A stretch of 64,000 nucleotides of DNA from an uncultured Ignavibacteria bacterium (GCA_964496505.1 CAZBZV010000008.1:14328-78327), one strand, 5' to 3'. Counted from the stretch's first letter, positions 54,856 through 63,730 are shown. A program made the numbers and translations. The notes: generated by a model not told the origin, from the sequence alone.

Positions 54856-56748
54856 ATGGGTATGAGAAAACAGATAAAGCCAGTAGCATATTTTTACTTC
54901 ATACTGGCGGTATTTTCAATGCCGCTGGTATACTATTCGGGCACCACCGATCCATGCCTGACTCCCCGGCATCTGGCTCTCTCCCTTATTCTTCTGCTCA
55001 CAACTATAATTTTTCTGGTCATAATTAAGAGGCGCAAAGATATTTTTGATTACAGGATTAAGGGAGAAATAATCCTATATGTCTATGGCATTTATATCAT
55101 TGCATCCCTGCTCTCGCTGATAAAAGCCGGTAATATCGCGGAGTCGCTTTTTGACATAACACGACTTTTCCTTGGATTCGGCGTTTTCCTTTTCACGTTC
55201 ATGATCATAAGCAATTATAAGAACGGGATCAGACTTCTTAGCAAATTTATCATAATCTGCGGTCTGGCCCTGGGCCTACTCGGTTTTTTGCAATACTACG
55301 AATTCGCATTCGGTTTTCTTTACCAGGCCGGACTGCCAGCCGGGACCTCGGCAAATCGGAATATATTTCTGGCACAAATCGCACTTATACTGCCCTTTGC
55401 AGTTTTTGGGATTTTCGCATTCAAAAAGCTCTGGCGAATTGTCAGCATCCTGACATTTACGATGATACTTTTTCTTGTGATCGTCGGATCATCTCGCTCG
55501 GTAATGGCGGCGGTGGCACTTTCGATAATAATAAGCGCAGTGTTGTATTTTATATTTAGAAAAAGATTTCATACTGACAACGAAAAAAGAATACCGAGGA
55601 ATAAGCTAGTTGCCTTCATACCGATAGCTATGATAATTGCCATTGCTATAATTTCCGGCTATGCCCTAAAATCCGGTCAAAGAAGTCTGACCGACACAAT
55701 CTCCTCAGCCTTTAATCCCCATATAACCTCCAATCGCATTAGAATTCAGATGTGGGAAAGATCACTGCAAATGTATGCCGACAACCCGATTCTTGGAGTG
55801 GGAGCGGGCAACTGGAAAATCGAGGTTGCCGCATACGGCGCTGTTGGTCCTGAATATATGGTGGAGAAACGTTTTTTCCAGCGGCCTCATAATGATTATC
55901 TCTGGGTGCTCTCAGAGAAAGGGCCAGCGGCGCTTCTGGCATATCTGGCAATATTCGCAATAGCAATAGTCTATGGGCTCAGGATAGTAAAAAATCGATC
56001 CACGGGCGAAGAACACGGGCGATTATTTGCGTTATGCATGACTGTGGGAGTTCTGATTTACCTGGTTGATTCATTTTTCAGCTTTCCAATGGAGAGAATT
56101 CTGAATCTTATTTTTATCAACCTAATACTCGGAGCTCTGTTTGCGGTTTACTCAACGTCCGTTGGGGATGAAAAAGGGCCGGGTTATGGCAAACCGGTAT
56201 TTTTAGTTTTGATAGTGCTTTTGCCGGTTTTTGCTTTTTCCGCAATCATAGGTGTGGTCAGGCTGGACTCCGAAATTCATACAAAGCTGGCAAATGCAGA
56301 GCGCGCAAGAGGCAACTGGAGCGACGTAATCCGATTGATCGACCGTGCTGAATCTGCACTCGTCAACCTCGATCCCACCGGAACTCCTCTGGCATGGTAC
56401 AGCGGCGAAGCCCATTTCATGCGCGGCCAATACAACTCAGCCTTTTTTAACTATTTGCGGGCTTATGAACACAATCCCAATCATATCCATGTCCTTAACA
56501 ATCTGGCGACAACCTATGAAATGAGAGGCAATCATAACAGGGCAATCGAGCTTTACGAGCGGGCAATTGCAATTCATGAGGATTTCGATGAGGCCTATAT
56601 TAATCTGGCCGCCGCATATTATAATGCCGGGATGTATCGCAAGGCCGATGAGAGCCTGTCGAAAGTGGATGATGATTTTGAGGATGAGAGAAAAGCTGTT
56701 TATCGTCAAAAGATCGATGAAAAACTGAAATCAATGCAGATGCGATAA
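54856..56748 (+). CDS. O-antigen ligase/polymerase (Wzy_C)-family membrane protein fused to a C-terminal TPR domain
   Basis: About 12 TM helices. The periplasmic loop FFQRPHNDYLWVLSEKGPAALLAYL has the Wzy_C His/Arg motif context. C-terminal TPRs: GQYNSAFFNYLRAYEHNPNH, GNHNRAIELYERAIAIHEDF and GMYRKADESL. Confidence 0.7.
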   Translation: MGMRKQIKPVAYFYFILAVFSMPLVYYSGTTDPCLTPRHLALSLILLLTTIIFLVIIKRRKDIFDYRIKGEIILYVYGIYIIASLLSLIKAGNIAESLFDITRLFLGFGVFLFTFMIISNYKNGIRLLSKFIIICGLALGLLGFLQYYEFAFGFLYQAGLPAGTSANRNIFLAQIALILPFAVFGIFAFKKLWRIVSILTFTMILFLVIVGSSRSVMAAVALSIIISAVLYFIFRKRFHTDNEKRIPRNKLVAFIPIAMIIAIAIISGYALKSGQRSLTDTISSAFNPHITSNRIRIQMWERSLQMYADNPILGVGAGNWKIEVAAYGAVGPEYMVEKRFFQRPHNDYLWVLSEKGPAALLAYLAIFAIAIVYGLRIVKNRSTGEEHGRLFALCMTVGVLIYLVDSFFSFPMERILNLIFINLILGALFAVYSTSVGDEKGPGYGKPVFLVLIVLLPVFAFSAIIGVVRLDSEIHTKLANAERARGNWSDVIRLIDRAESALVNLDPTGTPLAWYSGEAHFMRGQYNSAFFNYLRAYEHNPNHIHVLNNLATTYEMRGNHNRAIELYERAIAIHEDFDEAYINLAAAYYNAGMYRKADESLSKVDDDFEDERKAVYRQKIDEKLKSMQMR

Positions 56749-56754
56749 TTATCT

Positions 56755-57759
56755 TCAGCAGTCCTCCTGACCATCGCCGTCAGTATCGCAGGGATCATTT
56801 CCTCCGATAAAGACATAGTTTATAATCCAGACAGCATCGGAGACATTCACTGCTCCGTCACAGTTAGCTTCGCCGGATTCGTACGGATCGGGAGGCTCGC
56901 CTCCGATGAAGACATAATTAATAACACCAACCGCATCACTGACATTGACCGAACCATCCCGGTTAACATCTCCGCAGATATATTCCCCGGAGTAACTCCA
57001 TCCGATAATTTTAGCCATCATCCACCACCACACCTTGCCTTTCTGATAGCAGTTAAAGCATTGGGAATGGGCGCATCCGCACGACGGACAGGTATGTGTT
57101 GTGCACCAGTCGGTGCACCAGTTGCAGTAATCGGTTTCGTCAGGATAATAGTTGCCGTCTGGGTCGTAGCTTTCGATATCCGCAAAATCAAAAAGTATTT
57201 TATCGTTATTCTGGCAGTAGGTGCGGATCTGATTATTGCGGGCATAAAGGTTGCCGTCGACACCGGTTCCATCAAGGTGACCGGTCATATAAATAAATGT
57301 GATATCGGGATAATCGGCCTCCAGTTCCTCCATCTTGGCCAGATAGGCATTAATTCCCTCTTCCGTGTTGTCAGAACATCCGCCGCACCATGAAAACATA
57401 GCCATATTGCAGTCCGGATGACTGTCAAGATAGCTGCGAGTGGCGGGCACCCAGGAGGTATCACCGTTGTGACCGAGATCATCGCCCACCTCATGAAAAG
57501 GCGGTGGATCGTACAAGGCATTTTCATTATATAATTCGGCTATGCCTGTCATGATCTGGCTGCCATGGGATGTGTGCACATAGTAGATATTGAATTCGGC
57601 GCCAATATCTTCGAATATCGTATCGGGAAGAAGATCGAATTGAGAGCAGGCATTATGATCGGCGATTATGGGCTGAGTGAAAGCTGAGATCGGAAATAGT
57701 AAGATCATGAAAAATACAAGGAGAATTCGCCCGGCAGTTAATATATTTCTATGTAACAT
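56755..57759 (-). CDS. secreted protein: N-terminal hydrolase-like domain, Cys-rich linker and C-terminal dockerin-like module
   Basis: Signal peptide. The Cys cluster is CNWCTDWCTTHTCPSCGCAHSQCFNC. The C-terminus reads CGDVNRDGSVNVSDAVGVINYVFIGG...EANCDGAVNVSDAVWIINYVFIGGNDPCDTDGDGQEDC. Confidence 0.6.
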   Translation of the reverse strand: MLHRNILTAGRILLVFFMILLFPISAFTQPIIADHNACSQFDLLPDTIFEDIGAEFNIYYVHTSHGSQIMTGIAELYNENALYDPPPFHEVGDDLGHNGDTSWVPATRSYLDSHPDCNMAMFSWCGGCSDNTEEGINAYLAKMEELEADYPDITFIYMTGHLDGTGVDGNLYARNNQIRTYCQNNDKILFDFADIESYDPDGNYYPDETDYCNWCTDWCTTHTCPSCGCAHSQCFNCYQKGKVWWWMMAKIIGWSYSGEYICGDVNRDGSVNVSDAVGVINYVFIGGEPPDPYESGEANCDGAVNVSDAVWIINYVFIGGNDPCDTDGDGQEDC

Positions 57760-57899
57760 GTTTCCTCCCGATATAATTCTGCAAAAATCACCGATTTATT
57801 CAAGCAATTTAATATATTTGATACATCTGTCAATCTTAATAGCTGATATCTGTTCAAATTAAACTTGAATATGGAAGTTCATAAATGTAAATTCACGGC

Positions 57900-59411
57900 A
57901 TGGTGAGTTTTTTCAAAAGGCATCCGCTTGCAACTGTGCTTGCAGTCGCTGTAATTCTTCGTATTCTGGCAGTGATTTTTGCCCAGGGTTATATGGCGCA
58001 TGATGATCATTTTGAGACTGTCAAGATCGCATGGGAATGGCATCACGAGGGGATATTCCTTGAGGATGGCAGCCTTAGATGGGAAGGTAAGCCGGATATC
58101 GGTGTTCTCAGGAGCGCGGTTTACAACCTGTTTCTTCTGGCTGAGATGAAGGTCACCACTGCGTTGGGGGCAGATTATCTGGATATTCACATGTATTTCG
58201 ATCGGGCGGTACATGCGCTATTGTCTCTCTTTCCAATTCTATTTGGATTCTACTACCTCAGAAAAGAGACTGACACAAGTACAGCGCTAACCGGTGGACT
58301 GCTGCTGGCCGCTTATGGCATGATGCCGTTTTTTGCCGTGAAAAATCTGGTTGAGATGGCCGCGGCTGACTTTCTTCTGCCCTGTCTTGTATTAGCGCAT
58401 TTTTCGATGAAGAAGCGCTCAAACGCTCTTGTAATTATTTCCGCAGTATTGGGCGGGATGGCCTTTATGATACGTTTCCATGTCGGCCTTGCTCTCGTGG
58501 CGGTACCTTTTGCAATGGTAATCCAGAGCCGCAGATGGAAACAGGCCGTACTTTTTTCAATCGGCATACTGGCTATGGTCGCTATTCAGGGGCTGATAGA
58601 TATCTGGAGTCACGGCAGATTCATGGGAAGTATTATAAATTATATCACCGGCAATCTGGGAGCGCCGCCTACGATTCCCGGTCCCTGGTATAAATATATT
58701 CTGCTTATCTTCGGAATAATGATTCCGCCGTTCTCGATCTTATTCGTGTTGTCGATTTTTGGAAGGGATGTAATCAAAAAACATCTGATCCTGCTATTAT
58801 CGTTTATAATATTTGTTGCCGGACATTCTGCGGTTGTCAATAAACAGGAACGGTTCATAATCCCGGTCTTCCCCGTACTTCTTGTTCTGGGATGTGTGGG
58901 GCTTTACTATCTTTATTACAACAGCGGCTGGTATTTCAAATGGAAAGGCCTAAGGGCGTTTTTATGGGGTTGGTTCTTGGTTTTTAATACAGCGCTCCTG
59001 GTACTATTCACTTTTAATTATTCCCACAAGGGCGCAGTCGAGCCTATGGTATATCTCTCGCGTCAGCACAATGTAGGCGGCGTAATATTCGATTGCACCG
59101 AGCGAAAGAAATGGCTGCCATATTCATACTGGGACTATAAAAAGCCGGGAGCGGTGAAACTTACTCCCGACTATGGATTGCAGGATGCAATTGATGCGGG
59201 ACAGGTCAGGTCTTCAGACCCGCCCCAGTATATCGTTGTATTTTCTGATGGAGAGCCGGATGATTACATCCAAAAGTATGATAAGCATTTGGGCAGGTAT
59301 AAAACCGTCTTTCACAGCAAACCGTCGTTAATGGACATCATTCTGCACAGGTTGAATCCCAAGTATAACCACCTGAATGAGTCCTGGGTGTTAGAACTGA
59401 AAGATCGGTGA
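57900..59411 (+). CDS. GT-C membrane glycosyltransferase, Alg9/PIG-B (GT22)-like mannosyltransferase family
   Basis: 503 aa with about 10 TM helices. The first loop, GYMAHDDHFETVKIAWEW, resembles the GT22 HPDE-hFQ-lE motif. A soluble C-terminal domain follows. Confidence 0.55.
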   Translation: MVSFFKRHPLATVLAVAVILRILAVIFAQGYMAHDDHFETVKIAWEWHHEGIFLEDGSLRWEGKPDIGVLRSAVYNLFLLAEMKVTTALGADYLDIHMYFDRAVHALLSLFPILFGFYYLRKETDTSTALTGGLLLAAYGMMPFFAVKNLVEMAAADFLLPCLVLAHFSMKKRSNALVIISAVLGGMAFMIRFHVGLALVAVPFAMVIQSRRWKQAVLFSIGILAMVAIQGLIDIWSHGRFMGSIINYITGNLGAPPTIPGPWYKYILLIFGIMIPPFSILFVLSIFGRDVIKKHLILLLSFIIFVAGHSAVVNKQERFIIPVFPVLLVLGCVGLYYLYYNSGWYFKWKGLRAFLWGWFLVFNTALLVLFTFNYSHKGAVEPMVYLSRQHNVGGVIFDCTERKKWLPYSYWDYKKPGAVKLTPDYGLQDAIDAGQVRSSDPPQYIVVFSDGEPDDYIQKYDKHLGRYKTVFHSKPSLMDIILHRLNPKYNHLNESWVLELKDR

Positions 59412-59500
59412 ACAATCTAAACGACTCTACATAAAATAATTTACCAAAAAAAGCCCGCCCCTGAATTTGGGACGGGCGATATCGATAATTACCCACCGAT

Positions 59501-60010
59501 TTATGGCGTAAATGGGCAGCAGTCGCCGTTATACCAGTTGGGTGAGCCGGACGAACAATTGCCCGGAGGATCTCCGCCGATAAAAACATAATTTATCAGC
59601 CAGACAGCATCGGAGACATTTACGAAATCATCTGAATTAGCATCGCCGCAGGCCAGCACCGGTTGAGGTTCTGAGCCTCCTATAAAAACATAATTTATAA
59701 TCCAAACGGCATCGGATATATTGACGCTCAGATCAAAGTTGGCGTCTCCGCATTCTCCCTGGCAGGGGCCGCCTGAAGTCGCGAAGACCTGCCAGAAGCC
59801 GTGCTTAAGCTTGTAATTGGTTGATGAGCCTTCATCAACCGCCGTTTGACTGACTGTGCCCTTGAGGCCATAGTTGGTCGATGATCCCTCGGTACCGCCG
59901 CTTGAGAGCACCTGCCAGTTGATCTCTTCACCGGCTTTGGGATCGTCAGCAACAGCACTCACAAGCGCAATCGCGCCGATCAGGAGTACTATATAATATA
60001 TCTTCTTCAC
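59501..60010 (-). CDS. small secreted protein with a duplicated SSTNYxLK motif and a C-terminal dockerin-like module
   Basis: GTG start sharing one nt with the upstream stop (TAGTG). Signal peptide. GSSTNYGLKGTVSQTAVDEGSSTNYKLKHGFWQVF, then CGDANFDLSVNISDAVWIINYVFIGG...CGDANSDDFVNVSDAVWLINYVFIGG. Confidence 0.6.
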   Translation of the reverse strand: MKKIYYIVLLIGAIALVSAVADDPKAGEEINWQVLSSGGTEGSSTNYGLKGTVSQTAVDEGSSTNYKLKHGFWQVFATSGGPCQGECGDANFDLSVNISDAVWIINYVFIGGSEPQPVLACGDANSDDFVNVSDAVWLINYVFIGGDPPGNCSSGSPNWYNGDCCPFTP

Positions 60011-61770
60011 TATTCCTCACCCCCTATTTCAGCGGCCTCGCGGGCTGCCCGTCTTGATTTATAATTTACGGATCTTTCCTCGCCATAGCCGTAACCCTCT
60101 GGATAAAGGTACAGGCCTTTTTCATGATCGAATTTTTCTACTTCAACAGAGATTCTGCCATCCTCGGCGGCCGGATCCTTGCGTATTCCCGTAATCTGCC
60201 ATGAGATCTCCATTCCGGGTTTGCCGCCCGCAATCTCAAATCGATTATTGCTGATTTTTTCGGCAATATAGACAGGCGCATATCCGCCAATGCAGGTAAG
60301 TTGATAGCGAAAATCCTTATTCAGCGCTTCGAAATATTCAGGGAGGTTGACCACTGCTCCACCATCTGCACCAAGAATTACGACCCCGTCATAAACATTT
60401 TTCATGTCCGGTGAATTGACTGCACTGTGACAAAGATACTCATTTTCAGGATCAAGTGGATGGTCTATTCGAAAAGCGGATTTTTTCTGATAAAAGGTAC
60501 CGGTCACAATAGCATCGCCATCAAAATATCCCGCCCAGTTATAGTGTAGCCCTCCGGTTACATATCCTTCAATAGCTATGGCATCACTGCCTCCCGAAGC
60601 GTAGCCGTATACGGCCTGTGTATATCCAACCTGATTATCATTCGTCGCAATACCGTAAAGGCCATAAGTCCTGTTTGACGTTGAAGAGGAGGACGTTCTG
60701 TGCGCTTTAGTCCAAATGCCGAATACCGTTCCGGTTCCCGCCTGCCTCGCCTCGCTGCTTGAGACATATCTGGAGCCGGTTGAATTGTAGCCTCTGTCCA
60801 TTCGAAGTATGCTGTAAGTTACCGGTTCTATCCCCAATCCAACACAACCGTTTTGAATCGTAAGCGCATCACTGTAATTCGTACCTGAATGTTTACTTCC
60901 CAGCGTGACCAGGTTATCATCTACATCCCATAGCATCCAGGCACGGTCGTTGCCGGACTCACCGAAAACCAGCCCTGTCTGAGTGCCGGGATTGTCATCA
61001 CCAATGACAAGTCGGTTGCCGCTAAAAGAGCCGAGGTCCTTGCCGATAACAAGCGGTTCGCTTGCATCATCAGAGGGTATACCTATACCGACATTGCCCT
61101 GATAAATGGAAATCGGTCTGCGAGTAATGCCTGCATCTCTGGTAGTGATAGAGAATCTATCATCAGCAGAACGGGTTATGGCGACTCTATCATTTAAATC
61201 CTGCCCTATTAGCAATCCGCTGTTGCTATCAAGACTGCTGATTGTTACACAGGTACCGAAGAAGGTGCCGAGGTTTTGACTGCCAACCGTGAGCTCCTGT
61301 TCGGGATCTGTATTATTAATTCCAACTTTCATATTCTCAATCGTTTCATCGGTATGAATTGTGTTGCTGGAATAGCCGCTTTGATTGAATTTCCAACCGC
61401 CTCCATGCTGGGCGTGCATTGCAAAGGCCGATGAAAGAATCTGAGTTCGCGGCAATATCTCTTCCCCATTTACAGAGATACCTAAATAACAAAAACTTGT
61501 GTCGGTTAAAGCAAGCTCCGGCACATTCAAAATGAAGTCGAATAATCCGTCGGTAACCTCCACTGATCTAGAATCAGTATAAACTGGAGATCCGCCATTC
61601 TCCATGTGATAAATGCTCAGGGAAACATTGTAGACTCCATCCGGTAACGGATCCCCGTTACTATCTGTCAGTCTGCCCTGGTAGTTTGTAGCCTTCGGAA
61701 CGCTCATGGCATGCACTGCAACTGCCAACAAAAGCATTATCAATATTCCACACAAAATCGATTTTTTCAT
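60010..61770 (-). CDS. secreted tail-fibre-like surface protein (N-terminal NYQG(R/Y)LTD module, conserved C-terminal IDHPLDPENEYL...FRYQLT domain)
   Basis: 586 aa with a signal peptide. The N-terminal KATNYQGRLTDSNGDPLPDGVYNVSLSIY...TDGLFDFILN is shared with the upstream paralogue. I recall the C-terminal block AFRIDHPLDPENEYLCHS...LPEYFEALNKDFRYQLTCIGG from uncharacterised fibre-like proteins. Confidence 0.5.
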   Translation of the reverse strand: MKKSILCGILIMLLLAVAVHAMSVPKATNYQGRLTDSNGDPLPDGVYNVSLSIYHMENGGSPVYTDSRSVEVTDGLFDFILNVPELALTDTSFCYLGISVNGEEILPRTQILSSAFAMHAQHGGGWKFNQSGYSSNTIHTDETIENMKVGINNTDPEQELTVGSQNLGTFFGTCVTISSLDSNSGLLIGQDLNDRVAITRSADDRFSITTRDAGITRRPISIYQGNVGIGIPSDDASEPLVIGKDLGSFSGNRLVIGDDNPGTQTGLVFGESGNDRAWMLWDVDDNLVTLGSKHSGTNYSDALTIQNGCVGLGIEPVTYSILRMDRGYNSTGSRYVSSSEARQAGTGTVFGIWTKAHRTSSSSTSNRTYGLYGIATNDNQVGYTQAVYGYASGGSDAIAIEGYVTGGLHYNWAGYFDGDAIVTGTFYQKKSAFRIDHPLDPENEYLCHSAVNSPDMKNVYDGVVILGADGGAVVNLPEYFEALNKDFRYQLTCIGGYAPVYIAEKISNNRFEIAGGKPGMEISWQITGIRKDPAAEDGRISVEVEKFDHEKGLYLYPEGYGYGEERSVNYKSRRAAREAAEIGGEE

Positions 61771-61773
61771 TTC

Positions 61774-63117
61774 CTACCTCGCATTCTCAAGTGCTTCTAT
61801 TCTCTGTATTAATTCCTCATTGGTTGCTTTCAATTCCTCATTCTGTGTCTTAAGCTCCTTGACCGCTTCCACTAAAAGGGCTGTTATCCTGCTGTAATCC
61901 ACCCCTGTTAAGCCATATTCATTCTCTCCCACAATCTCCGGCACAACCTCTTTGACCTCCTCGGCAAGAAATCCCACCTGACGGTTTTCCGGCATTCTCA
62001 GCTGGGGAAACTCTTCTGTCTTGCAGTCATAGTAAACTCCCCGCATCCGAGCCACTTTTTCGAGCGCATTATCAATGGACTGGATATTGGTTTTCGCCTT
62101 TGTAGCAGTATATGTAAACACATCCCCTGAAAACCAACCATTGCCCATAACCGTAAGTGCCTCCGGAACGCTGTCGGTGCCGACCCCGATGCTGGCATCG
62201 ATGCCTGAGGCATTCAGATGAATCTCCGCTCCCGGAGCTCCGACCAAATCGGTCCTCAGGGTCAGAGCGCCAGGAGATAAATGTGATTCCATATTTTGCG
62301 TAACATCGTACATTGAAAGTTGAGCGCTGCCCCCCTTGGCGCTATAATCACTGGTCATATCAAGAAGAAGAGCGGGCGGTTCGGGCTGAGGGTTAAACAT
62401 CTTGATACTGCCGCCAGATGAGGGAAAGGCGCCGATTTCAACAATCTCCCCATCATCACCCGGATCAATAAGCTTCAGTAAATATCCGTCGGCAAAGGGG
62501 GACGGCTCGACACCCATTACCTTACCTATATCATTATAGAGGTTCAGGCTTGCCCCACTTGTGGCATCCGCATTAACCTCAAACATCTTTGCCGGGGGCT
62601 CAGGCTGCGGGTTGAACATCTTAATACTTCCCGCAAGCGACTTCGTGCCATCGAAATTCGATTCCATTACGATTACTGAATCGCCGTCAACATCCTTCAT
62701 AACAAGCTTTCCATTCTCAGTTTCAATATCCCCGCCCATTTGCTGTGAAATGAATGCGTGCGGTACCGCCGTAATTAATGTGCGGGGCGAAATTTCCGGG
62801 TCATCTCCAATCTGAATCCCCAGGTATCTGTCCTCGCCGTTAAATACTGAATCCTGGAAAGGTGTAGTCTGCCCGAGAACCACACTAAACAAGCCATTTT
62901 CGCATTCAACGATATGGCTTTCCGACCACATCCACATTTGCGTCAAAAGGCTTTCATAAATATAGAATGTCACACCATAAGAGCCATTCGCAGGTTCTCC
63001 TGAAGAATCGGTAAGATAGCCCTGATAATTTATTGTTCTGGATGAATCAGCAACTAATATTGTCGCCAAAAATAAGATGATTATGCAAAATAATGCACAT
63101 GTGAGTTTTTGTCTCAT
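61774..63117 (-). CDS. secreted tail-fibre-like protein with a C-terminal peptidase-S74-type intramolecular chaperone domain and coiled coil
   Basis: 447 aa. The N-terminus reads RTINYQGYLTDSSGEPANGSYGVTFYIY...NGLFSVVLG. An internal duplicated GSIKMFNPQPEPPA is present. The C-terminus reads TATKAKTNIQSIDNALEKVARMRGVYYDCK...VGFLAEEVKEVVPEIV...VDYSRITALLVEAVKELKTQNEELK. Confidence 0.65.
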   Translation of the reverse strand: MRQKLTCALFCIIILFLATILVADSSRTINYQGYLTDSSGEPANGSYGVTFYIYESLLTQMWMWSESHIVECENGLFSVVLGQTTPFQDSVFNGEDRYLGIQIGDDPEISPRTLITAVPHAFISQQMGGDIETENGKLVMKDVDGDSVIVMESNFDGTKSLAGSIKMFNPQPEPPAKMFEVNADATSGASLNLYNDIGKVMGVEPSPFADGYLLKLIDPGDDGEIVEIGAFPSSGGSIKMFNPQPEPPALLLDMTSDYSAKGGSAQLSMYDVTQNMESHLSPGALTLRTDLVGAPGAEIHLNASGIDASIGVGTDSVPEALTVMGNGWFSGDVFTYTATKAKTNIQSIDNALEKVARMRGVYYDCKTEEFPQLRMPENRQVGFLAEEVKEVVPEIVGENEYGLTGVDYSRITALLVEAVKELKTQNEELKATNEELIQRIEALENAR

Positions 63118-63238
63118 GACATCCTCCTGAGATATTTTCCATACTTTTGCCTTGCGGGCTGGTGAGATCAGAAATGAACAATCTGGTCAGAAGCCCCGAA
63201 AATAGTAGTCCTAAGTTGTCCTGCGGGTTGCTCTTTAA

Positions 63239-63266
63239 AATATACAATCTTAACTGATTTTGTCAA
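63239..63266 (-). promoter_or_regulatory. sigma70-like promoter for the tail-fibre-like operon
   Basis: The minus strand reads TTGACA (63266-63261), 16 nt spacer, TATATT (63244-63239), about 120 nt upstream of the 63117 start codon. Confidence 0.35.
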
Positions 63267-63308
63267 TTTAAAAGGGATACAATACATCACTATTATAGTC
63301 TTGTATAC

Positions 63309-63345
63309 AAAAAAGCCCTCTCACAAGAAGCGGGCTTTATTTTAG
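63309..63345 (-). terminator. intrinsic terminator (bidirectional-looking)
   Basis: AAAGCCC (63312-63318) pairs with GGGCTTT (63332-63338), flanked by an A-run and a T-run. Confidence 0.55.
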
Positions 63346-63369
63346 TTATATCATTATTTGTCTTGAGGG

Positions 63370-63516
63370 CTAATCTCCAATCAGTTCCCTGACCTTGGAT
63401 ATGACCTGTTCGGGATCAATTGGCTTGTCGATGAACATTTCCGGCCTGACCAAGACCTCCCCGCTAAGGGTATATTGTTTTAATTTGAGGAATCCTGAAT
63501 ATATTGAAGATTTTGA
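63370..63516 (-). pseudogene. possible remnant of the C-terminus of a response-regulator receiver domain
   Basis: The stop-to-stop frame ends ...RPEMFIDKPIDPEQVISKVRELIGD*, resembling the (GA.DF)I.KPID...L receiver alpha5 end. Only one Met is present, 22 codons before the stop (Met included), and there is no N-terminal receiver sequence. Confidence 0.2.
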
Positions 63517-63652
63517 TTAAACTCAACCGATTTGAGGGAGATTAGCGCTTGTACAACCCTTTGCTCAATAGCCACCTGTGCCTGAAACGCTTCCGGGTCC
63601 TCGAAATATGATGTATTTGAATGACGGCATTTACCTGATCAATTCAGAACAT

Positions 63653-63683
63653 AAAAAAGCCGGCTCATATTAATTGAGCCGGC
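63653..63683 (-). terminator. rho-independent terminator of the partial T9SS-CTD gene
   Basis: 9-bp stem GCCGGCTCA / TGAGCCGGC with a 7-nt loop. The minus strand continues TTTTTT. Confidence 0.7.
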
Positions 63684-63730
63684 CCGTATGGAATTCAGCA
63701 TCCCCATTTTGGTTCGAATCCGATTATACG

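Noticed and set aside
59501-63117. Prophage or tailocin interpretation of the tail-fibre-like genes
   Set aside because: No capsid, portal, terminase, sheath, tube, baseplate, lysis or integrase genes lie on either side within the window. Both proteins have Sec-type signal peptides, which phage fibres lack.
63369-63546. 10-bp inverted repeat GCTAATCTCC / GGAGATTAGC flanking the response-regulator remnant; possible invertible switch
   Set aside because: A rough expectation for chance 10-bp inverted repeats within 200 nt across 64 kb is of order ten. No recombinase is nearby, and the enclosed DNA carries no promoter-like element.
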